From Eledone cirrhosa (Eukaryota), in NCBI GenBank assembly GCA_964016885.1, contig OZ024754.1, positions 12,772,001-12,836,000 of the forward strand: a stretch of 64,000 bases of DNA, given 5' to 3'. The notes under the pieces were generated by a model that saw nothing but the letters and a program-made list of their open reading frames with translations, did no database searches and was not told the origin of the DNA. Positions 41,407 through 59,398 of the stretch are shown in pieces (within the stretch, counting starts at the first letter, position 1; each line of letters starts with the position of its first letter). The translations under genes were made by a program, and so were the position numbers.

Positions 41407-42052
41407 AATAATTTTTTATTTTTATAATTATTGTTGTAGTTTGTTTATTTTTTTTATTTATTTAAAGATAAGCGGACTTGAGGTCTTTCACATCGAAAAG
41501 TTATGACTCACTCAACACAACTAAAATAGAAATTCATTATAGACTTGAATGGCGGCGGTGGTGGAGGAGGAATGGTGGGGAAATAAATAAAATAAAGGAA
41601 AAAAAATATATATATATATATATTAGATAAACAACTAAATAACAACAACTACAACTGCAACAGCAACATAAATGTTAACAATAATAAAGACAACAACCAA
41701 TAACTAAAACTCAAACCCAAAACAAACGTACTACAACGACTACGAACAACAACAACAACAACAACAATAATGGTATCAAATCAAAGTTTGGTTAAATGAA
41801 GCAATTTATGAAATAGCGGAAACAAAATTTTTGCTGTTGTTGAAGAGAAACAAAAAACGAACAGAAGAAGAGGAGAATAAAAAAAAAAGAGTGGAAAAAA
41901 ATAATAAACTAAAAAAATATCAAAAATATTAAAAAAAAATGAAAGAGAAAAACAGATAAAAGATAGAGGAAAATCAATAGAAAATACAAATAAAAAAAAT
42001 GAAATTATCTTTCGTCGTTTTATTATATTTATCGTTTATTGCGTGTATTTGA

Positions 42053-42109
<57 letters not shown>

Positions 42110-42394
42110 CACACACACACATATATATATATACACAAATACTGTATATATATATATATGTACATACATATATACATACATATATACATACATATATATA
42201 CATATACTCATATATATATACACACACACACACATCTGTACATATACTCATATATACATATACACATACACATATATATATATATACATGCACATACATA
42301 TATATATATACATGCACATACATATATATATATATATACATACACACATATATATATATATACATATACATATATATATACATATACATATATA

Positions 42395-42600
42395 TATTGT
42401 ATCTGTATTATTTTTGACCGCCGGTCAGTCAATGGCAACATTGAGGACCGAGTAAGTTAGATCGCAGATATATATATATAAAAGACAGCGAGAAGCGAAA
42501 ACCAACCAAACAGTGAGTGTGTTCTGTTATTAATTCTGGCAATATTACGCAAATATGACCCTCCCCAAATATAACAATATCTGTTTCGACACACGATTTC
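42395..42600 (+). mobile_element. Copy of the 44-kb hammerhead family tail
   Basis: Matches ~44125-44330. Confidence 0.8.
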
Positions 42601-42866
42601 ATATATATATACATATACATATATATATACATATACATATATATATATATATACATATACACATATATATATATAAATATACACATATATATATATATAC
42701 ATATACACATACATATATATACATACATATACACATACATATATGTACACATATACATATATATACACATATACATATATATATATATATACACACATAT
42801 ATATATATATACACACATATACACACTCATATATATACACACATATATACACACGGAAATATCTAT

Positions 42867-42908
<42 letters not shown>

Positions 42909-43745
42909 TCAAATATATATTTAAGTTGTCTAATATTATGAAATTGGCTTTTGATTAGGATGTTTTCTGTTTTGTTTTCTGTGATGTGTGGGTTGGAGAG
43001 GAGAGGAAGGAATGCCTTATTCTTTTCCTGATTTCTGCCTTTCTTTCTCAATAGACATAAAGGAAAAAAACCCTTTACAACCTTGCATCTTTATCAATAT
43101 ATGGCAGGGATTTCCCTTTTGTTGTTGTTGTTTGTTTTTATCCCCCACCCCACCCCCACCACCACCACACCTAAGCCAACCTCTTCATTCTTTGCTACAT
43201 ACTTCTTCACACAATTCTTACCTTTTCTGGATTCTTTATAATTATATTCCTCACTTCTTTTCCTATTATTTCTTTAAACTTCCTACATCTTTAAACTTCC
43301 ACTTCCTCTCCACAGTTACTTCCCCTTCCTCCTCCATTTCTCTCACTTCTCTCAAATTCCCTTCTTTCTTTCTTCCTTCTCATTATTTTCTCTTCCATTT
43401 TTTCCTGCTCCTTCTCTTCTTTTGGCCTTAATTGTTTCTTCTTGTTGATATAACTTTCCATTGTTGTTGTTGCTACTATTTATCCTTTAACTCTCATTCC
43501 ATCAGACATCGACCATGCTGGATCACTGCCTTCTAGAAAGAGTTTAGTCAGCTGCCTAAATCCCAATTTATCAACATCATCAGGGATAAATAGTGAGTCT
43601 TGTTACTCTGGAATTTTGCCTATAAACAAGTGAAACTTCAGAGTAACAAGACTCAATATTTAGCCCTAATAAATGAATTATTAAAAATCTACTTTGGTAT
43701 TGATTACGCCTTTCTCTCCACTGTCAACCACATATGGTTATATAT

Positions 43746-43777
<32 letters not shown>

Positions 43778-43780
<3 letters not shown>

Positions 43781-44362
43781 TGTTATACTTGGAGAGGGTC
43801 ATATTTGTGTAATATTGCCAGAATTAATAACAGAACACACTCACTGTTTGGTTGGTTTTCGTTTTTCGCTTCTGTGTCTTTTATATCGGTAATCTAATTT
43901 ATTCGGTCCTCAATGTTGCCATTGACTGACCGACGGTCAAAAATAATACACATATAATAGAGACACAAACACATATATATAGTTTATCAGAGTTCTTTCG
44001 TTGCACATCTTTGAAAAAATGGCATAGACATACAATGCAACGGGAGGAAACAATAGCACCACTGACGATGTTGCAGATGTGCAACGAAAGAACTCTGATA
44101 AACTATATATATGTGTTAGTGTCTATATTGTATCTGTATTATTTTTTACCGTCGGTCAGTCAATGGCAACCTTGAGGACCGAATAAATTAGATTACTGAT
44201 ATAAAAGACACAGAAGCGAAAAACGAAAACCAACCAAACAGTAAGTGTGTTCTGTTATTAATTCTGGCAATATTACACAAATATGACCCTCCCCAAGTAT
44301 AACAATATTTGTTTTGACACACGATTTCATATAAAAAACCTCGCAAAACTAATTCATCGCCG

Positions 44363-44365
<3 letters not shown>
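43778..44365 (+). mobile_element. Fold-back unit with ~230-bp arms and a hammerhead motif at 44057-44100
   Basis: CA-CTGACGA-T-GTTGCA(GATG)TGCAAC-GAAA-GAAC-TC-TG; 43778-44010 is the inverted copy of ~44076-44308. Confidence 0.8.
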
Positions 44366-44409
<44 letters not shown>

Positions 44410-44429
44410 CATACATATATATATAGGAG

Positions 44430-44925
44430 TCTTGTAGTTTGCTTGAAGCATTATCAAATAGGAAAAACAAATTTAAATAATTTTGAAAACCATACAATGC
44501 ACTAGAAAGAAAATCAAAATTGCTATATTTAACAAATGATTCTTACCTTAGCAAATTTAATGATCCCAAATATTTTCGGGTTTATAAACCCATTGATAAT
44601 TATCAAGGGAGTAGCCCTATGAGAGACTTAAAAGATCGATAAGAGTTCACTTGTTTCTTTAGACGGTAGATTTAAGTTAAATCAGCTTCGAGACAAATAA
44701 GTTAAATCAGCTTCGAGACAAATAAGTTAAATCAGCTTCGAGACAAATAAGTGAACTCTGATCGATCTTTTAAGTCTCTCATAGAGATGTTTCCATGATA
44801 GTGGGTTTATAAACCCGAAAATATTTGGGATCATTACATTTGTTAAGGTATGATTCTTTTGTTATATTAGTAATCTTGATTTTCTTTCTAGTGCGCATTG
44901 TTTGGTTTTCAAAATTGTTTAAATA
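44430..44925. mobile_element. Fold-back unit with a degenerate hammerhead and a 25-bp x3 spacer repeat
   Basis: Arms ~44470-44655 and ~44748-44923; GGGTTTATAAACCC-GAAA-ATAT-TT-GGGA; spacer repeat at 44676, 44701 and 44726; second family member at 58590-58806. Confidence 0.7.
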
Positions 44926-45076
44926 TATATAAATATATATATGTAGAGGTTATATTTAATTTGTTGGGATTCAACAAGCTTAAAAATTTTTATAACTGAT
45001 ATAAAGCACTCAACAGATAAGTGGAGTAAATACACAGTATATTAATAAATGGAAACTATATTTATAAAACCATATT

Positions 45077-45142
45077 TATTTTATTATACATATTTCAAGG
45101 GCAACCAAGGCAAATTATGGTGCGCTTTCATCAGATAAAATA
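45077..45142 (-). ncRNA. Minimal type I hammerhead ribozyme (22.4/29.4-kb family)
   Basis: TATTTTAT-CTGATGA-AAGCGCACCA..TGGTTGCCCTT-GAAA-TATGTA-TA-ATAAAATA; unit ~44950-45212. Confidence 0.85.
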
Positions 45143-45270
45143 CAGATTTGTTTTTAAAATAAATATTGACATACCCAGAAAAAAGACAACCTTAACGGTT
45201 GGAGCTTCCTGGATATATAAATATATATATATGTATATAAATATACATATATTTATATAAATACATACAT

Positions 45271-45659
45271 ATCATCATCATCATTTCATTTTACGTCCGC
45301 TTTTCCCTGCTTGCAAAGGTGGGACGGGAACTGATTCTGGCTTGATTTCTACAGCTGGATGCCCTTCCTAACACCAACCTCATTTACAGTGAGTGCTGGG
45401 TGCTTTTTTACCGTGGCGCCTACACGTCCACTTTACAGTGTGGGCTGGGTGCTTTTTTTCCATGGCACCTCCACGACCACTTTACAGTGGAATGATAGGG
45501 ACCTCAGTCCCTATAATCTCATTTCTACAGCTGAGTAAACTGGAGCAATGTGAAATAAAGTGTCTTGCTCAAGGAAACAACACATCACCCGGTCTGAGAA
45601 TTGAACTCACAACCTTTCGATTGTAAGGCCAATGCTCTAACCACTAAGCCATGTGCCTT
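45271..45659 (-). mobile_element. SINE family A, full length, with an internal duplication
   Basis: Reverse complement of 933-1276 with one extra module. Confidence 0.85.
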
Positions 45660-46003
45660 CATATATACATATATATAAATACATACATACATGGAATAGA
45701 ATGAAACGAAATTTCATTTCTCACTCTTAGTTCGGCACTTACTTAAATGTAAGTATGTAAGTTTACAAACAAACAAACCGAGCATTATAATAAATGTTCG
45801 GTGAACCGATACGTGCATATATATATGTGTGCATGTGTGTACATATATACATACTACTGTACGTCTGTCTACATATATGTATGTACGTATACATACATAC
45901 TTATATAAATACATATATATATAAATACATATATATAAATACATACATATATACATACATAAATACATATATATATAAATACATATATATATAAATACAT
46001 ACG

Positions 46004-46802
46004 TATCATCATCATCATCATCATCAACGTTTAACGTCCGTGTTCCACGCTTGCATGGGTTTGGACGGGGGTTTTCCCACTTGAGGCAAGAGTGATTGTC
46101 TTGCTCGCATAGGACTGTCTGGCAGGTTTTCTACAGTTGGATGCCCTTCCTAACACCAACCACATTTACAGTGTGGGTCTGGGAGGTTTTTACCGTGTTG
46201 CCTACACGGCCACATTACAGCGTGGACTGTGTGTTTTTTTGTCGTGACACCTACACGATCTCATTTGTTTCGGCCTGGATGGCGCGGCACCAACATAACT
46301 TTACATAGGATGGGGTGGGGGTGCTGGTGGTGGGACGGGGTGTATTTTGCTTACTGGCTGGAGTAGGTTTTACTGTATATTTAGGTAAGGCGGGTCTTCT
46401 CTGTTACTGAGTACCGCCAAAGGTCTCGGTCCAGTGACATTGTCTTGGAGAGGTGTAAATGTGTGATGTCGGAGTTTATCAGCTCGTCCCAGGTTTTTCT
46501 AGGTCTGCCTATTCCATGACTACCGTCTATCTTATTGCCCTGCACTTTGTTATACAGCTATCGACTTTCATGCGCATCACGTGTCCATACCAACATAGCC
46601 TTCTCTCGAGTAAACACCATCTGATCCCTCTTATCTCTAATTTTTTCCTTAGTTCGTTTATGCTTTGCCGTTCACGTATATTACTGTTACACATCCAGCG
46701 GAGCATGCAAGCTTCGTTCCTCTCTAGTCTGCGTATATCCTCTGCACACAATGCCCAGGTCTCACTGCCATGCAGCATTGCTGTTCGTATGCAGGCATCG
46801 TA
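46004..46802 (-). mobile_element. RTE family 2, 3' fragment
   Basis: [35 protein letters not shown], then the 3' UTR and (GAT)n tail. Confidence 0.9.
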
Positions 46803-48910
46803 TATATACATATATATAAATACATACATATATATACATATATATAAATACATACATATATATACATATATATAAATACATACATATATATACATATATA
46901 TATATACATACATACATATATATACATATATATAAATACATACATATACGTATATATAAATACATACATATATATACATACATACATATATATACATATA
47001 TATAAATATATACATATATATATATATATAAATACATACATATATATATGTACATTTATATATAAATACATACATCTATATATACATATATATAAATACA
47101 TACATATATTTTACATACATATATATATAAATACATATACATATATATATATATAAATAAACACAAATACATATATACATATAAATACATATACATATAT
47201 ATATAAATAAATACAAATACATATATATATATAAATACAGATACATATATATATATATAAATACATATACATATATATATATAAATAAATAAATACAAAT
47301 ACATATAAATATAAATACATATACATATATATATATATATAAATACAAATACATATACATATAAATATATATAAATATATATATATATATAAATACAAAT
47401 ACATATACATATAAATATATATAAATATATATATATATAAATACAAATACATATACATATAAATATATATAAATATAAATACATATACATATAAATATAA
47501 ATACATATAAATACATATACATAAATACATATACATATATACATATATATTTATATATGTATATATACATATATACATATACATATATGTAAAGAAAGAA
47601 ACCCAGGCCTAAGATATATTTATAAATGATGCTAATCTAAAACACATGAAAATGTCACAGGTGTGTTTGTCAGATCATCTTCACCAACAAAAGAATTTTT
47701 CAAATTCAATATATTTTTTGTGGTTATTGTCGTTATTTGTAGATGATAGTTTTATTTTCATTTTAATATATCTTCCTCTCAATTTTCAGAATTAAATCAG
47801 TTTTACTTTCTGTCTTTTTCTTTTTCTCATTTATAATTGATGCAAGTGGTTTCTATTTTCATTGATATATGTGGTCTTTAATTGTTCATGAACATAAGTG
47901 GGTTTTAATAATTTATAATGTCAGCATCATCATTTATCTAATTAAATAAATGGCCATATTTGCTTTGTTTCATTTGATTTTTTTAAATGATATAAGTGAC
48001 TTCAAATGTATAATTTTTTAATGATATAAAATTATTCCTTATTTTATATTCTTGCTTAGATAATTGGCATTAATTGAGATTTAGATAAATTAATTAAAAT
48101 ATAATCTAAATTTAGGAAAAATAAATCATTTTTAAAAATCCATTTTTTACCATCCATGTAAATATCTCCTTATATAACCAATACTAGATTTTCCTATTAC
48201 ATATTTCACCTTATTCTCCTCTCCTCTATTTATCTCTTTCTCATTCGCCCTGTTCCTTTTATATCTTATTAACAAGTTCTATTCTGATGTACATCCACTT
48301 CCCTTCACAATACCATCAATCCCAACTAAAAAAGTTCTTGATTTATGAATAAAATTTAAAAACATTATAACATAGCTTACTTTCCAATTTTATGTATATA
48401 TTTACCTTATCATAATGAAAATCTGACGAGTAACTTTGAGAGTATTTTAATAAAATATTTTATATATATATATATATAAATATATATGTGTGTGTGATTC
48501 TGTATATATATATATATATATAATACGAAAAAAATGCTGAAGCACCTACGCTATATATATTTATATAGATATATCAAATTGGGTATGTTTTGGAAGCCAT
48601 TACAATGCAGAGAGATTTTAAATATTAAGGTAACAAAATTGAATGAGGAAGTAGACAGGTGAAAGTATAAAGAAGGGAAGATAAACAAGAAACCAGAGAT
48701 TATGTTACCTTGGAAATATATATTAATCCTAATATACACTATTCATTTTTAAAGATGTGTCGGGAAACTTGGGGAGCATCAGAGATGAATTATATGTATA
48801 TATATATATTCTGTATGAAGAACTCAATGTAATCCATATGTTGAAAATGTTGTAGGTTAAGTTAAATCTCAGAAAACAATAAAACATTAAAAGGAAAACA
48901 GAGTCATGAA

Positions 48911-49240
48911 ATAAGTTAAAACAACAAAATAAAAAATCAAGTCATTAGAGATATACTTCACTGCTTTACGATCGTTTCTAGATGGTGATAATACATTGTA
49001 TCTATACTCAGTTATTGATCTATATAAGTTTACAAACTATCAGATAGAGAGAATATTTACTTACATGCATATCACCAGCTGTTTTCAAAAGCAATAATAA
49101 TTTTATTCTGATAGTTTGTAAACTTACATAGATCAATAACTGAGTATAGATACAATGTATCATCACCATCTAGAAATGATCAGAAAGCAGTGAAGTATAT
49201 CTCTAATGACTTGATTTTTTATTTTATTGTTTTAACTTAT
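48911..49240. repeat. Fold-back unit, ~134-bp arms, carrying the 3' half of a hammerhead
   Basis: 48911-49044 is inverted at 49107-49240; the minus strand of the left arm reads GAAA-CGATCG-TA-AAGCAG. Confidence 0.75.
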
Positions 49241-49716
49241 ATATGTATATATATGTATATATACATATATATATATACATATATATATATATACAGTATT
49301 TACGTATCGAGAAAGAGAAAAAAAGGGGAGGATAGGTGATAGATATAGTTATTTGCCAAGTAGCGTATGCCAAAGGTGCTTGATACTAGTGCCGGCAGTA
49401 TTAAATATTCGATATACATATATATATACATATATATAGTAATAAATATACATATATATATACATATATATATATACATATATATAGTAATAAATATACA
49501 TATATATAGTAATAAATATACATATATATATATACATATATATATATATACATACATATATGTATACATACATATATATATATACATACATATATATATA
49601 TACATACATATATATATATACATATATATATATACATATATATATATACATACATATATATATATACATATATATATATACATACATATATATATATACA
49701 TATATACATACATATA

Positions 49717-49757
<41 letters not shown>

Positions 49758-50995
49758 ATACATATATATATATACATATATATATATACATACATATATA
49801 TATATACATACATATATATATATACATACATATATATATATACATACATATATATATATACATATATATATATACATATATATATATACATATATATATA
49901 TACATATATATATATACATATATATATATATACATATATATATATACATATATATATATACATATATATATATATACATATATATATATACATATATATA
50001 TATACATATATATATATACATATATATATATACATATATATATATACATATATATATATACATATATATATATACATATATATATATACATATATATACA
50101 TATATATATATACATACATATATATATACATGGTGGCTGCCAACTCGTTTTCGAGTACGGCCACTACTTTATATCCATGTAGGAAAACCCCTAACGAGCG
50201 TGACTTTTTAGTCCAGCCAGCGACTTGAAAACTCTGGCATAAACACTACACTTGTGACAATTATTGACACATAGTGCTAGGCACATGGTACCATGTGACG
50301 ACAAGTGCAGAGAGCTCTCCAGATATAAAGCAATGCCTGTGCCGTGAAGCTTTTATAGTGAGCAAAGGCACTGCACAAAGCCAGTCCCACTCTCTTAACC
50401 AAGATGATATTTACCAAAAAGAAGAACAAGTCAACATCATTGGATACCATCAGGGTTGCAAGTGTTATATCAGAGTTTTCCTTCTCCTAGAATTCTGCCT
50501 TGACAAAGGCTAAGGGGTCATCTCTCCCGGTGATTTTGGATGGCCATTGACTCTTAAGAGCTCCTTTACCCTTATATATACATACATATATATATACATA
50601 CATATATATATATACATACATATATACATACATATATATATACATACATATATACATACATATATATATACATACATATATATATATACATACATATATA
50701 CATACATATATATATATACATACATATATACATACATATATATATACATACATATATACATACATATATATATACATACATATATACATACATATATATA
50801 TACATACATATATATATACATACATATATATATACATATATATACATACATATATATATATATATACATATATACATATATATACATACATATATATATA
50901 TATACATATATACATATATATACATACATATATATATTTATACATATATACATACATATATATACATATATATACATATATATACATACATATAC

Positions 50996-51035
<40 letters not shown>

Positions 51036-51307
51036 ACATATATATATATACATATATACATATATACATATATAATATATACATATATATATATACATAT
51101 ATATATATACATAATACATATACATATATATATATACATATATATATATACATATATATATATACATATATATATATACATATATATATATACATATATA
51201 TATATACATACATATATATACATATACATACATATATATACATATATACATACATATATATATACATATACACACACACACACATATATATACATATATA
51301 TATATAT

Positions 51308-51352
<45 letters not shown>

Positions 51353-51369
51353 TATATATATACACACAC

Positions 51370-51486
<117 letters not shown>

Positions 51487-51854
51487 TATATAGAGGTCAA
51501 ATGTACTGAACAATAGCAGGCAAAAACACTACAGGGAGCCTCACCCCAGAAAGAATTCTATAGACTTCTGACTGAGGAATGCTCTCAGAACTGAACAATG
51601 GGAAGTTTGACACTTCTTTTGTTATCTTGTTCCTTTAACACCTTGTCCCTTCTACCATTTTATCAATTTTTTAAGCTAACTCCAACAATAACAACACTTA
51701 GAATGAGGAATGTTCTAATAACTGACCAATGAGAGGAGAAGGGGACCTTTGACACTGAAATTCGTTTGTTTGAATTCATATGATTCCAGTTCCTCAGTGA
51801 AATAACAACCAAACAAGGAACTGGGCATATCAGAGTATTGACAATATTATACAT

Positions 51855-52001
51855 TTCCAGCGTGGTTACGTCCCTTTACCATCTGAGTTCAAATCCCGCC
51901 GAGGTTGACTTTGCCTTTCATCCTTACGGGGTCGGATAAAATAAAGTACCAGTAATACACTGGGATAATTGCTGGCCTTGTGCCTAAAGTAGAAACAATT
52001 A
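51855..52001 (+). mobile_element. SINE family C, 5'-truncated
   Basis: B-box, core and tail match family C. Confidence 0.8.
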
Positions 52002-52047
52002 TACACCTAAACAACATATGTACTTGTCTATACCATACTGAATTCAA

Positions 52048-52103
52048 ACTGCCTGAAGAGGTCACAGCCAAAGATGGCTGTCACTGAAAATATATATAGC
52101 AGT
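52048..52103 (+). ncRNA. Type I hammerhead ribozyme motif
   Basis: ACTGC-CTGAAGA-GGTCACAGCCA(AAGA)TGGCTGTCACT-GAAA-A-TATATA-TA-GCAGT-AATAAA; one extra A after GAAA. Confidence 0.8.
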
Positions 52104-52152
52104 AATAAACGAAGCTAAATTTTAATCATTTGACTTTTATTTAACTTTATTT

Positions 52153-52208
<56 letters not shown>

Positions 52209-52430
52209 GCCGGGTTCAATCGGGGGTACTCACAGTAATTAAGGTACTCAATATATAGCAGAGTATAAATATTGAATATAGAAATGGCTTCTACAAGACT
52301 AGAACTGTTTCATCCGAAGGAAATCATCAGGAAAGCCCTAGTCCTGTAGAAGCCATTTCTATATTAAATATTTATACTCTGCTATGTATTGAGTACCTTA
52401 CTTACTGAGGGTACCCCCGATTGAACCCGG
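52209..52430. mobile_element. Fold-back unit (~93-bp arms) with a hammerhead-like core in the loop
   Basis: Minus strand CTGATGA-TTTCCTTCGGAT-GAAA-CAGT-TC-TAGTC; the arms are near-perfect inverted copies. Confidence 0.7.
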
Positions 52431-52736
52431 GGTACACACAAACACAAATATATATATAAGTTCAAAAGATTTATATGGAGAGGTAAAGACATATATCTTT
52501 TGAGAAACATATAGCATTTGGTACATATATATATAAAACAAATAACATGTAGGGAAATATATGTACTTTGGATTTACAAAATGGCTGCATGGAGATCTAT
52601 TTATTTAAATACATCTTAAAGTATCTATATCGTCCCCCTTCTAGAAAGAATGAATGTTGGTGGTAATCTAAATCTCGGCGTAATGAGGCTGTTTGCTTGC
52701 GAGCGAATCAAATATTATTATTATTATTCAATATAA

Positions 52737-52925
52737 GGGCAAAGGATTGGCAGTATCGGTAGAAGGTCGGACGCCATGCTTTCTAGCATAGTTACGTCCC
52801 TTTACGGTCTGAGTTCAAATCCCGCTGAGGTTACTTTGCCTTTCATCCTTACGGAGTCAATAAAATAAAGTACCAGTAATGCACTGGGTAATTGCTGGCC
52901 TTGTGCCTAAAGTAGAAACAATTAT
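52737..52925 (+). mobile_element. SINE family C
   Basis: Full head, core and tail. Confidence 0.85.
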
Positions 52926-53022
52926 TATTATTCAATATAAAGCTCATAAACACATTTATGTAACCTGCTATGTGAGAACGAGAAGTTAAATTCTAATTTT
53001 GTTTTTACATATACATACATAA

Positions 53023-53063
<41 letters not shown>

Positions 53064-53097
53064 GATATACATATATATATATTTATATATATATAGA

Positions 53098-53918
53098 TAT
53101 CATCATCAGTCATCATCATCATGTTTAATGTCTATCTTCCACGCTAGCATGGGTTTAGACAGGAATTGTCTGACTTGAGGCAAGAGTGGTTGTCTTGCTC
53201 GTATAGGACAGTCTGGCAGGTTTTCTACGGCTGGATGCCTTTCCTAACACCAACCAAGTTTACAGTGTGGACTGGGAGGTTTTTACCGTGTTACCTACAC
53301 GCCTACATTACAGCGTGGACTGTGTGTTTTTTTTGTCGTGACACCTACACGACCACTTTTATGTAAAACTGGATGTTGTGGTACCTACATAACTTTACAG
53401 AAAAAGGGGTGGTGTAGGTGGGGGTAGGGGAACAGGGTTGTATTTTGGTTAAGAGGTGCCTACTGACTGTAGGTTTCACTTGTACATAGGCAAGGCGGGT
53501 CTTCTGTATTACTGCGTAGCACCAAAGATCTTGGTCCAGTGCCATTGTCTTGGAGAGGTGTAAGTGTGTAAGGTCAGAATTTATCAAGTTGTCCCAGGTT
53601 TTTCTAGGTCTACCTACTCCGTAGCTACCGTCTATTTTGATCGCCCTGCACTTTTTATACAGCTGTCGTCTTTCATGTGCATCACGTGACCATACCAACG
53701 TAGTCTTCTCTCAAGTAAACAGCATCTGATCCTCTTATTCCTAATTTCTCACTTAGTTCATTTATGCTTTGCCATTCACGTATATTACTATTACACATCC
53801 AACGGAGCATGCAAGCTTCGTTCCTCTCCAGTCTGCGTAGATCCTCTGCACACAATGCCCAAGTCTGACTGCCATGTAACATTGCTGTTCGTATGCAGGC
53901 ATCATACAGCCTGCCTTT
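53098..53918 (-). mobile_element. RTE family 2, 3' fragment
   Basis: [26 protein letters not shown], then the 3' UTR and tail. Confidence 0.9.
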
Positions 53919-54563
53919 ATATGTATATATATAGTATATATGTTTTCATGTGTAATTATATATATTTTTTATAAATATATCTGTATATATAGTATATATG
54001 TGGAATTATATATCTATATATGACTATATATAATATATATGTGTTTGTGTGTGTGTAAATATGAGATTGAATGAATATGAGTGTCTTTGTGTGTGTGTTT
54101 GCAAACTTGTGTGTTTGTGCGTGTGTGTGTTTGTTTGTAAATTATTTTGTGTGTGTGTGTGTTAGCAAATATCTGTGTTTGTGTGTTTGCAAATTTGTGT
54201 TTGTGTGTGTTAGTTAACTTGAGTGTTTGTGTTTACTTACTTGTGTGTTGTGTGGTGTGGTGTGATGTGGTGTGCGGTGTGTGTGTGAGTGATGTGGAGT
54301 GTGGTGTGGTGTGATTGTGATGTGGTGGTGTGAGTGAGCAGGCCTGGTATAATGTAACTTAGAAAAACAAAATTTCTAAGACAGGTAAGTTCAGTGAAAA
54401 TGTACCAAAATAAATATCTGTGAAGTGTTTTTTTAAATTATTCTCACACCAGAAATATCTACATGAAAACAAACTTCCACATACTATTTACTCTTTTACT
54501 AGTTTCATTCATTAGACTGCAGCCATACTGGGCATCTTTCTGAAGGGATTAATCAGACATATA

Positions 54564-54763
54564 NNNNNNNNNNNNNNNNNNNNNNNNNNNNNNNNNNNNN
54601 NNNNNNNNNNNNNNNNNNNNNNNNNNNNNNNNNNNNNNNNNNNNNNNNNNNNNNNNNNNNNNNNNNNNNNNNNNNNNNNNNNNNNNNNNNNNNNNNNNNN
54701 NNNNNNNNNNNNNNNNNNNNNNNNNNNNNNNNNNNNNNNNNNNNNNNNNNNNNNNNNNNNNNN
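54564..54763. other. Assembly gap (200 N)
   Basis: Run of N. Confidence 1.
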
Positions 54764-58085
<3,322 letters not shown>

Positions 58086-58568
58086 TGCCACAGCTTGAGA
58101 TCGGTGTGGAAGTCGGACCTTCGTAAAGACCTGAAATCCGCCTCTTCATTGCTGTAGTGGAGTCTGTGCTTTTGTACGGGTCTGAGACTTGGACACTGAC
58201 CAAGAAATTCACTCAGATGGTGGATGGGTGCTACACGAGAATGCTGAGGATGGCTCTGAACATTAATCACTATACACTGAGGATGAAAAACTCAGAGCTG
58301 TATGGGAGCCTCCCAAAAGTCAGCTAAAAAATGACACAGAGGAGACTGAGGTTAGCTGGACATGCTCACCGACATCCAGAGTTGAGATTGCACTCAGTGC
58401 TCCTGTGGGAGCCCCTACATGAACACACTAGAAGAGGAAGACCAAGGTTAACGTATGTTGATGCAGACACTGGTCTGTTGGAGACGCAGGACATGGCAGC
58501 GATAATGAGGGACAGAGACCGCTGGAGAGAACTCGTCCATGGATCTCGGGGATTTTACCCTCCTTAGA
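58086..58568 (+). mobile_element. RTE family 3, 3' fragment
   Basis: [51 protein letters not shown]; one internal stop. Confidence 0.9.
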
Positions 58569-58589
58569 TATATATATATATATATATAT

Positions 58590-58806
58590 ATCAGAGTGTT
58601 GTAGTTTGCTTGAAGCATTGTTGAATAGGAAACACAAATTTAAATAATTTTGAAAACCATACAATGCACTAGAAAGAAAATCAAGATAATGGTTTTTTTT
58701 AAATATTTGGGATTATCAAATTTGCTATGGTAAGATTCTTTTGTTATCTTAACAATCTAGATTTTCTTTCTAGTATAGTTTTCAAAATTATCTAAATTTG
58801 TGTTTC
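58590..58806. repeat. Fold-back copy of the 44.5-kb family
   Basis: GTAGTTTGCTTGAAGCATT..CATACAATGCACTAGAAAGAAAATC is shared with 44433-44520, followed by an inverted arm. Confidence 0.7.
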
Positions 58807-58809
58807 ATA

Positions 58810-58855
<46 letters not shown>

Positions 58856-58952
58856 ATTAGAATACTGGAACGTGTTTGAGTCAAACACCCTCTTCGTATT
58901 ATAGAAATGACAGTAAAAGGTATAGCTCAATGCAGTTAAACAGAGCCGAAAA

Positions 58953-59054
58953 ATTAAGAGAGTAAAACAAAGAATCCTTTAATACATCAAAAGTTTTTAT
59001 TAGCCGACAATAAAAACTTTTGATGTATTAAAGGATTCTTTGTTTTACTCTCTT

Positions 59055-59057
<3 letters not shown>
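58953..59057. repeat. Perfect hairpin, 49-bp arms with a 7-nt loop
   Basis: 58953-59001 and 59009-59057; loop AGCCGAC; the right arm starts with AATAAA. Confidence 0.9.
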
Positions 59058-59126
<69 letters not shown>

Positions 59127-59398
59127 TTGGCGCAGCGTGGATAACATTTTAATTCATTTGTAGTGCCTTGAAATACCATAAAATATGGGACTGAGGAAGA
59201 GATCTTCACTTACCTGGTTTTTCGTAATAGTTAGACAGAAAATCCCGGTTCATACGGAAGTCCCGTGGACACAAGATCTCAAAGAGTGTCGCGTGATTGT
59301 TATCAAACGTGATATATTAATTACGTCGTGCAACTTCCTGTGTGTAGACGTACTTCAGTATGTTTGAGACAAAACGAGTTACAAGCTAAAGAAATGTA

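Noticed and set aside
50130-50570. Unique-looking island between TA tracts
   Set aside because: Stops in all frames; it looks like decayed retroelement sequence but I cannot assign a family.
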